64,000 nt of DNA from Hormiphora californensis (lineage: Eukaryota > Animalia > Ctenophora): assembly GCA_020137815.1 (NCBI GenBank), contig CM035353.1, positions 6,572,001-6,636,000 on the forward strand, in the 5' to 3' direction. Position 1 is the stretch's first letter, and each line of letters opens with the position of its first letter. A program made the position numbers and the translations under genes. Under the pieces are notes generated by a model. It saw nothing but the letters and a program-made list of their open reading frames with translations, had not been told where the DNA came from and ran no database searches. Positions 55,196 through 64,000 of this stretch are shown here, piece by piece.

Positions 55196-55454
55196 CTTTA
55201 CTAGGATGATAGCTAGTTAGAAGTTAGGATGATAGCTACTAGTTAGGATGATATAGCTAGTTAGACCGAGTTAGAAGTTTGCTGGGATTTTCAACTTAAG
55301 ACAATGGAGTGAGCTCAGTGATGTTTCAAGAGTTCTTGTTCGTTTCAAACCAATAAAATACCCCTTAAAAACTGTCTTTGGCGTAAATAAATAAACTTAA
55401 AAAACACTCGGTCAAATTATATATCTGAATGAAGGTCCAATGTCCGATGGTATC

Positions 55455-55794
55455 TCATTTCTCAAGAGGTGCATAGTTAAGGAGTTTGTCTATGAGGTTG
55501 ACATGAGAGAGAAGCATTCGCCGGCAGCAGTAGCGCCTCAAACCCAACTTGTCCATCGCGTCCCTGAAACGTTTAGCTTTTTAAAAAAATGAGAAAATAA
55601 ACATTTGATCAACCGAACTCTAACTGAGGGGGGTCCGGGGTTATGAAATAAAGTGCGGTGTAAGCTAAGACAGATAACAGCTAGGATTTGTTGACTTACG
55701 CCTCGGTGTAATCGGCTTGCAGTAGTGCCAGGTAGCTCTCGTATTTGTTACCCACAACTTTACCGCACGTGAAACAACGTATAGGGATAATCAT
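55455..55794 (-). CDS. POLR2L: RNA polymerases I/II/III subunit RPABC5 (Rpb10); exons 55794-55700 and 55563-55455
   Basis: Not in the ORF track. Manual translation: [32 protein letters not shown]|[35 protein letters not shown]. Confidence 0.97.
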
Positions 55795-55932
55795 GTCGCT
55801 AGGAAACAGTGATATTGGGGAGAATTATCTAGTTTAGAAGAAGTAGTGTTTTGAGTTGTGAGTATAATCATTTCGCTTCTTCCTATGAAACACATAACAA
55901 TCGCTAACAAAACGCATAAAAACAAACTTTAT

Positions 55933-56121
55933 TTAGAAGGCCCCAAAAGTCACTTTCACATTGCTAAAGTCCATTGATTGGGCTTTGTGTAGGATTTTAG
56001 TAATGACTTCCTTTTCAAACCCCAGGCGAGATAAAAACTGCGCTTTGTTCTGAGTGGTTTCTTTGTTCATAGATGGGTGAAGAATCAGCCTGACGGCATC
56101 TTCGATATTTTTATCACTCAT
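55933..56121 (-). CDS. 62-aa protein resembling an isolated Pex14 N-terminal domain
   Basis: KNIEDAVRLILHPSMNKETTQNKAQFLSRLGFEKEVITKIL parallels the Pex14_N pattern (LI..AV.FL..P.V.......K..FL..KGL...EI..A). It is co-oriented in the cluster, with AATAAA overlapping the stop. Confidence 0.55.
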   Translation of the reverse strand: MSDKNIEDAVRLILHPSMNKETTQNKAQFLSRLGFEKEVITKILHKAQSMDFSNVKVTFGAF

Positions 56122-56417
56122 CTTGGGATCTCTACTAGAGTTACATAATGCTAGGACAGGGAGAATGGGGGTTAATATACATTGAACAAGATAAGAGAGT
56201 GGGACTGTCCTAAAGTGGAGACAAAAGTAGACACCTTGTTCAGTTGATTAAGAAAAGGGGAATTTTTCTGAACATTTTTCGGAAGCGGGTAGAACACACA
56301 GACACACACTATTACAGTACATTGGTGTGATGCTGTCCATGGCGTTATTGTGTATGGGCAGTTGCAGTAGCACGTTTGTTAAATAAAATAAACATATTAA
56401 AATAGTGTCTCTTGTCT

Positions 56418-57479
56418 CTAGTTGCTGGTTTCTGGGCTGGGGCTCCTTCCTCTTCGAGGTCTCCTCTCCTTCATTTTTCCAGCTGATTCCTTCTTACCTG
56501 GCCTTACAAAGGCCCAGTGAACCTTCAGTTTCTGTCCCAGGAAGTCTTCCTCATTCGCCTGCTCCACCGCAGCTCGTGCCTCTACAGATGAACGGTAGGA
56601 TTTAAACAGGATTCAAACAGGATATAAAACAGTGTAACAGGATAAAATGTAAAACAACGAAACCCTACCAGAGTGTACGGTAAAATGTACATACTCTGCT
56701 TACTACTAGGAGATCTGTAAAGAGAGTAACACACCTGAATGCTGTTCATACTCGATACACACGTAACCCTTGAGGTAACCAGTCCTTCGGTCCAGGTTTG
56801 CATGGAGGTTCTTGATGTCACCTGATGAGAGAAGCTGGGGGTTAGTTCGGACAGATGAGAGGGTTAGAATGATGCTTAGTTATAATTTTAGCTGAGTCTA
56901 TTTCATGTGACATTATTTTTGTTTGTTTGTTTGTTTGTTTGTTTGTTTGTCTAATTGTCTGTTTGTTTATTTGTTTGTTTGTGTGTGTGTGTGTTTGTTT
57001 GTTTGTTTGTTTCACATAGCACTTACCATACTCGGAGAACTTGTCGAAGATGTCTGCCTCCGTTGCCTCAATATGGACATTACTAACAAAGATAATCCAT
57101 CCCTCAATGGATTTCTGGGGAGCTCCCACCCTCGCATCACCTTCTAGCTCGTCAAAGTTACCACTCAACATCTCGGACCTTGCAACACCTGCATTGGATC
57201 GTGATGGTAATAAATGTGATGCAGCCGGAGTGATGGTAATAATGCGACTAGAACAATTATTGTTACAGTCACACGTCAAAATCCTGTTAGTCAACATCCC
57301 CCCCCCCTACATCCACCCCTATCCAGGAAAGTGCCTATACTGGCTACCAGCTACCCAACTAATGATCTATTATTACCTCGACCCTTCCTCTTGGCGGCGC
57401 TCTTCTTCAGTTTGTCAATATCGTCATCCGTCATCTCCATCTCGACATCACGGTCCCGGGTGATAACAATCTCGTCCAT
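56418..57479 (-). CDS. RBM8A: RNA-binding protein 8A (Y14), exon junction complex; about 4 exons
   Basis: [74 protein letters not shown]. Confidence 0.95.
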
Positions 57480-58545
57480 TATACTGGTGCTACTGGATTA
57501 GGTCATCAAGTTAATCGGACTGGCTGGAAGGTCTCAAAGACATGGGGTCGGACGAAGGGAGGTACGTGCTATTAATCACACACAGGGGGGGGGGGGCTGC
57601 TACTTTATATCAGTTGTACAAAGTAAAGACGCTCATTATCACTGCGCTGGCAAGCGCAAAGGTGACCATCCCCTCCCCCCAGCCGCGTGTGCCAGAGTGC
57701 AGTAATAACTTTTTTCACTTTTTAGCCAAAAATGGCATTTTGCGACGCCCATAGGGAGGCCCCCACTGCACCGATCGGTCTGAAATTTGGTATACAGTGT
57801 CACATAGTCTAGATCTACTGTAGTTTAAAAGGGCAAGTCTCTATCTCTTTTAGTTTTAGAGATATGGTATCGTGAAAAAAGCAATAAATGTCCCGGGTCT
57901 ATGTATCTATGTATCTATCTATCTATGGATAGACGCTGTTTTTACCAAATTTATAATCATTTTTGAGAGAAAACGACATAAGATAGACACTTCTCGTTTG
58001 TTGCATTCGAAAGATAATCGTTCAAATTGTGTAGACGAATAGTTTTCATGTTCTAGGTCCAACCAGAACGTCTTAACAAACTGTCATAAAGATAAGAGTT
58101 TTTTCAAATCAACCAAATTTCTTTGAGCTCAATTTACACCCTGAAGACGGCTTCTGATTGAAAAACGGAGACCGCACTTACGAAAGATAATCGTCTATAC
58201 TTTCAGAAACTATATCGCGAATTTGTGAAACTCTATTTCTAAGGGTCTCAAATCGCGTCTGAAGTGTTAAGACTGTATGAAATTAGATATGACGATAATG
58301 CGTTTTTCGCCAGAGCGACCTCAAATCGTGTCCAATCGATCTCAAACTTGGTCAGCATCTTTATCTAGATGAGCCTGATAATAATATATCCCTATCTTGA
58401 CGTTATAACGTCGTGACGTCACGCTATGACGTCATAATGACGTCAAAATTGAAATTTTCGTATTTTAGCGATTCCTGACGGTCTTTACACGTCCAGACAT
58501 GTCTTACATTGTATTTCACATCAGAAAATACCAAAAATATACCCC

Positions 58546-58677
58546 AATTATGCCAAAAACTAACAGAAATTAGTTGGCTGGAAAGGTGACCATTTTGTTG
58601 TCAAACTGACACCTTTGCCCGGCCCGGGTTACGGATATGATCGATGGGGTAAATCAGGGGGTAAATCAGGGAGAAAG

Positions 58678-58758
<81 letters not shown>

Positions 58759-58852
58759 TAATGATGAAACCCGGAGAGGGCAAAGGTGTCAGTTTGACAA
58801 CAAAATGGTCACCTTTCCAGCCAACTAATTTCTGTTAGTTTTTGGCATAATT
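58546..58852. repeat. 75-bp perfect inverted repeat (58546-58620 / 58778-58852) around a (GA)n-containing loop
   Basis: AATTATGCCAAAAACTAAC...CACCTTTGCCC and its reverse complement. Confidence 0.85.
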
Positions 58853-59299
58853 TTATACAGTTTAATTACAAATAGACACAAACACGTATAGCTCTACATT
58901 CAAATTAGTGAAAACTAGGTAAATCTGGTTACCTTGTTATGTTCAATTCATTAGTAAATCAAGATGGGATGCAACCCCAAAGAAAGTCAAGACCAACCCT
59001 AAAAGGGGGGAAAACACTACAGCCACATTATATTGACGAAAGCACGACAGTTTCATAGCGAATCCGGCACTTGTCACCCGTTGAAATAGTGTATTTAAAG
59101 AGCTTGACATACATATTGCTGCAGAGATTTCTCTAAAAGTAATAGTACTGTAAGGCAGACGTTAGTGGGGGTGACTATAATTTCGAGTGTACAACACCAT
59201 TTGTCACCACCCCCGGCAGATCGTCCATCATGCACCCCAGCTCAGGGGGGTAGTCATGTGTCAAGCTCTCATAATATATTCTAATTCATTCTAATTCAT

Positions 59300-61511
59300 T
59301 CAGTCCTCTTTCTCTAGGGGTGGGTTGAATCTACCGATCAATGACTCAGCAGAGAGGTTCCTTCGGATTGTATCTGCGTTTAGGTTTCTGATGTTGATCT
59401 TGTACTTTAAAACCATCTGCAAACAAGAATGAAATGGGGATTTAGTGAATTGAGATATATATATAAATGGGAGATATCTTATATATTTTGAATTGGTAAA
59501 TGGATGGATAGTTAATTTATATATGGAGATTTAATAAATTAAACTATGTATAACAATAAAGGGGTTGGGTTCAGTAACTTACCACTTGGATAAGGGTAAA
59601 GATGTTTCCCGCAGAGATAGAGAAGAATAGCAGCGCACACACAACCACCTCCCACCTGGGGGAACATATATTGTGTTAGTTCAGATTCTCGGCCATATAT
59701 ATATTCCTTCCTAGATCTAACTACTTCTCTACCAACTGAAAACATTGAAAACTATAAAACTGCTGGTATCAATTGTATACAATATCCCTGAATCAAATCC
59801 TTGGTTACGAAGTCACTCCTTTTATTGCATACAATAACAGAGGGGTAATTTCATTACCAAATCAAATCCCAAGTTCATGATCTACCTTTCATCGTATTTC
59901 GCAGTTGAGCTAAGCCACCAGAGTGTATACCCGTTATAAGATTGGAAGAGGTAGAGCAGCATGAAGAAAGGAAGGAGGAATGCCAGATCAGCAAAGGTTT
60001 TCACCCGTATACCCTCTGCCGAGACCTCCATACTATTGGCCCTGCCCAGTGCTCGCAGTCTGTACAATGATCCATCCTGGAGGGGGGGGATGTTATTGAT
60101 GCCCTCTTGATATACTGATCTCACATGACTTGTGAGAGATATATCACTGCACACAGTGTCACATTAAAGCACAGTACAATGAGATCCAACCTGATAATAA
60201 AACTGAAGAAGTTGACAACCACTCATATAGAATATGTAGAGAGAAAACTGCTGTGAAAACTCGCCGTCCGGCCTAAATTGTAGAAGAAAAAGTAGCTAGA
60301 TTCAAGATTGATAAAAGAAAAGTGACTAGATTGACGATAAAAAAGTTTCTAAAAGAAACTAAAAGAATAAAAACCACGTAGCAGCTCTCTATACGATGTA
60401 CCTAATTAGAAGGAATCCATAAAGTATAACATCTAGATAGTGTTGAACCAGCCACCATGTCCTTATCTTACTACCATTCATTACCAGAATAGACTCCTGA
60501 AATATCGGGGGGTTTGGTAACGTGGTATGTCTGGTGGTTCGTTAGGCGATACGATGTACACTCGGACCCCCCCCCCCACTATTTACCTGGCAAAACCCTT
60601 TCCCCGAGCATCCCAGTATATCGGGGTCCTACATAATACTACACATGGTGTACTTTCATGGTGAGATACACAACTTCTCGGGTGGCCATACGCGAGGTAT
60701 AACCTCCTTCCAGGACACCGCGCCGTGTGCATGAACAATTGAGGGTACAATTGTACATTGATGGTTGATGGTAACTCATTAATGGGCATGACTTCATTAT
60801 AACCAACATGTACCTTCATGGTTAGATTACAGTAGAACCAGACAAGGTAGAATTGAAGGAGTCCCTCAATTATTCTATACGGTCCAAACAACATGTTGAC
60901 TACTGAGAATGCCAGTTGTCCCAGCACGTACCACAATTTAAATATCTCGTATTGGCGCTTGTACCTATCAAATAGGAAAATTGATGATAATGCGACTATA
61001 ATAATTATGTCGTTGGGATAGGAATTACAATCTGTACAAGGAACGAATGTCACGGACACATGCACTAACTTGATTTTGTCTACTTTTCTTGGTAAGACAA
61101 CATTGAAGTCACCAACAAAAAGTTTCAGAATGAGGCTGTTATCTTTTGGAAGGAAAGATGACATCTCTCTGGTCTGGGTGCGCTTATCCTCTTGTAATAG
61201 TTTCTCATCTTTAGACAGAGCCGCAAAACTCTCATCAAACCGTTTTATCAGATCCTTGCATCTGGTAAAAATATTATATAGTGGTTAGAGAGACAGCAAA
61301 CAGTAAACACCCTTGCCGTGTCCGACCCTCTCTCTCTGTCGAGGATTAGAACCGGTAACAACAACCATCCCTCTCACCTAGAACATAACAAAAAACATCC
61401 CTCTCACCTTGTTGCGTGGGTCATGTACTCGTCCACATGCTGCCTAAATTCCCGGTAACTCTCCAAGGTCTCATCGTACAGCTCATCCAGCGACTTCTCC
61501 TCCTGTGCCAT
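59300..61511 (-). CDS. TMEM120: Transmembrane protein 120 (TACAN/TMPIT family), multi-exon
   Basis: FLPKDNSLILKLFVGDFNVVL, YKRQYEIFKL, QFYLVWFYCNLTMK|ESILVMNGSKIRTWWLVQHY, YYQDGSLYRLRALG, LAFLLPF..FQSYNGYTL. Confidence 0.92.
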
Positions 61512-61645
61512 TGCTGCCAAATTAGTAAAATCAGATATTTTAGGATTTAAAACTCAAGTACATTATATGCATGTTTGTAAAAGGAATCAAAAACCGATTT
61601 CACGTTAAATCAAAATCAAAACTCTCTAGTTAAAAACTGCAATTA

Positions 61646-63208
61646 TTATTGAAGCATTTGTTTCTTTTTGTCAAACAAAAACCGTTTAAAAGTTAATTTC
61701 ACCGTTACTCTGTCCCCACCCGCATCCTTCTTCTTCTTCTTGTCTAACAAGACCTTAGCAGCATCAGTCAACCCCTCGGGAACATTCACTTTACACTTGC
61801 CACTGTTTCCGAAACTCCCCTCAATCTCTCCACTCTCCCCGGTACTCAGTTTAACACGGAGATGTGTAAACAGGTCAATATCGGTCTCCTTTTTAAATAG
61901 GTCCTTAACGATCACGGTATACTCATCATTCATTCTCTCTGCAATACCCTCCCTCTCCTTGGTCTTGTACACTTTCAACGCAGAAAGGGAGTCGTCAGAT
62001 GTGTAGGTTGGGGAGGTGATTGAGTGCTGGATGCGACCCCAGAATGCGAGGCGACATGTTGGCGAGTTGATGTCCATATCAAGACGACTTATTATCACCA
62101 TACTGTGCGGGACACACTGTACTACGTGTTCAAGTTCCAGCAACGCAAACACACCATCCTTCTCCTCCGGGTAACTCTCCTCAAATTGGTATCTGTTTTC
62201 AAACGAAAACTCCCCTCCTTCTTTGGTTGGAGAGCTAAAGAAAGTCAGCTGACCTAGGACGGTTTCATGTCCGACGCTGATATGATATTTAGTCTTGCTG
62301 GTTACAGAGCCCTTGTAGTAAGGCACCTTGTGAAGATCAATTATAAGAGCATGTACCATTTGTACCGCATCACCTGTGTACACAAGACCACGCTCGAGGA
62401 GTTTTGCATCAAATTGTGTCACACAAATACCCGCTCTGTCACCTGCTGAAACTTTATCAACTGACTTGTGAAACACCTGCATACTCTTAACCTTCCGCTC
62501 CAGTTTCGTGTCTGCTATTTTGATAGTTCCATTGACGGCTATACTCCCGGAGAGACAAGTACCGGTAAAGATTGTTCCTTGGCCACGGATCCCAAAACAA
62601 TGATCAACAGCGAACACGAAATCGCCAGCCGTATCGCGAGTCCTCAGTTTTACGTTATTTGAAATGACACTCACGAGGTCAGTGATGCCGATGTTGCTCC
62701 CAGCTGAACATGATATCACTTTACAATCCTTGAACTTGGTTTTCGAAAGGGTCAGGCTTATCTTCTTAGTGACTTTAGCTATCTGTGCATCCCTCTTTGC
62801 TTCCGGTATAAGATCAACTTTGTTCAGTACTACCAGAAGATTATCACACGTTAACTCCCCGATAATCAGACACTCTGCAGTTTGCGTTTGGATCCCTTTC
62901 ATAATGTCAACCACCAGAATCATCATGTCAATGATGTGTGCTCCTCCTATCACGGTTTTTAACAGCGAGGCATGCCCTGGACAATCCACCAACGTGACTA
63001 ACAATTCCTCGTGACAGCTACCAAGGTGAGCGGGGAAGGGCATTTTAAAGGAGGAAAATCCTAAATCCAACGTTATTCCCCGCTCTTTACTTTGGGGATT
63101 TTTGTCAAAACATGCCGTCGATGCCACCTCACTGAGGGACTTGGCCAGCGTCGTTTTCCCGCTATCGACATGACCGAGAATCCCGATGTTGTAGTTAGGT
63201 AGGCTCAT
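61646..63208 (-). CDS. EEFSEC: Selenocysteine-specific elongation factor (eEFSec/SelB), intronless, 520 aa
   Basis: NIGILGHVDSGKT, STACFDKNPQSKERGITLDLGFS, DCPGHASL, GIQTQTAECL, NKVD, VDHCF, CRLAFWG, GEIEGSFGNSGK. Confidence 0.97.
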   Translation of the reverse strand: MSLPNYNIGILGHVDSGKTTLAKSLSEVASTACFDKNPQSKERGITLDLGFSSFKMPFPAHLGSCHEELLVTLVDCPGHASLLKTVIGGAHIIDMMILVVDIMKGIQTQTAECLIIGELTCDNLLVVLNKVDLIPEAKRDAQIAKVTKKISLTLSKTKFKDCKVISCSAGSNIGITDLVSVISNNVKLRTRDTAGDFVFAVDHCFGIRGQGTIFTGTCLSGSIAVNGTIKIADTKLERKVKSMQVFHKSVDKVSAGDRAGICVTQFDAKLLERGLVYTGDAVQMVHALIIDLHKVPYYKGSVTSKTKYHISVGHETVLGQLTFFSSPTKEGGEFSFENRYQFEESYPEEKDGVFALLELEHVVQCVPHSMVIISRLDMDINSPTCRLAFWGRIQHSITSPTYTSDDSLSALKVYKTKEREGIAERMNDEYTVIVKDLFKKETDIDLFTHLRVKLSTGESGEIEGSFGNSGKCKVNVPEGLTDAAKVLLDKKKKKDAGGDRVTVKLTFKRFLFDKKKQMLQ

Positions 63209-64000
63209 ACCTTATCTACATGCTCAACAAGCTGTGATGGTATTATTAATAATTTTACCAGATACGAGTGAAAGAAAAGAAATACAGAAATGAAATTGAA
63301 AAAAACGTTGGCAAACGCTTAAAAAAAACGACAAATGTCTGTCCGAAAAAAACGGTGAAACATTTTGAGAAATTGTATTAAGCCGCGCACGCGCACCCTC
63401 AAATGCATCGCAAATAAATTAATTTCGCGTGCTTTTGTAAGTTAAAATTTACTCATGAAAAAATTAATCTTCTTTCATTGTAATTTACTGCTTATAAAAA
63501 GTGATTTTCAAGATAATGACATGATTATTTCTTTGAATTTGAGAAGCGAAACTTGATGAAACAAACACAGGTATCGCGCGTTTATGTCACGGTCGATATG
63601 TTTGCGCACGCTTACCACAGAGAAATGTCTCCGCGCCTGACGTTTATGTAATCCCGCCAAAACTCTGGCTCAGGGTGAAATCTTCTCAGTTCACCGCTTT
63701 TCGAATTCCAAAACAGTTTGAAACTTTCAATGTTCAACTTTTTTGGGACACTGCATATAGACACTTAATTTAGCATACATCCTCCGTTTGTTGTTTCTGC
63801 GGGTTGACGATTCAATGATGTAGATACAAAGATCAAAACAACTGGAATTTATCAGTGCAAAAGATTACAGTAAAAAACATATACATTGTTAATGTTGAAT
63901 AAATTCCTAACAACAGATCTCAGTGTTCATCCATCTACTACAGAGATGCAGTACAATTTGGATTTATTTCCATATCTCTTCTCCAGATCAGGAATACTTT

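Noticed and set aside
61512-61645. SECIS element downstream of EEFSEC
   Set aside because: EEFSEC has no in-frame TGA, and no AUGA/GA stem-loop is recognisable in this AT-rich spacer.

Overview
Eukaryotic, animal DNA. The evidence is spliceosomal GT-AG introns, a TGF-beta-family receptor, GPCRs and microsatellites. The compact invertebrate style is compatible with a ctenophore, but that is inference only. The left part (1-14 kb) is mostly transposon debris: a degenerate Transib/Chapaev/RAG1-like transposase, an ORF1-only LINE-like ORF, an L2/CR1 remnant and foldback MITEs. Next come a two-exon class-A GPCR (-), a frameshifted alpha-arrestin (+), a multi-exon type II TGF-beta-family receptor kinase (-, 21.9-35.1 kb), a probably artefactual homopolymer block (37.0-39.7 kb) and a possible second GPCR (+). 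The window ends in eight co-oriented minus-strand genes: EEFSEC, TMEM120, RBM8A, a 62-aa Pex14-N-like ORF, POLR2L, PSMD7, LYRM7 and WRAP53. Main observations: (1) Splice junctions are repeatedly tandem-amplified. The extreme case is a 1250-nt intron made entirely of 36 head-to-tail GT...AG units, a candidate for recursive or zero-length-exon splicing. (2) The gene cluster looks operon-like, with unpaired 3' splice acceptors just before start codons, suggesting SL trans-splicing. (3) A standalone Pex14-N-like microprotein sits in that cluster. (4) A small hAT-like MITE recurs next to splice acceptors. All gene models were read by eye, so exon boundaries need transcript confirmation.
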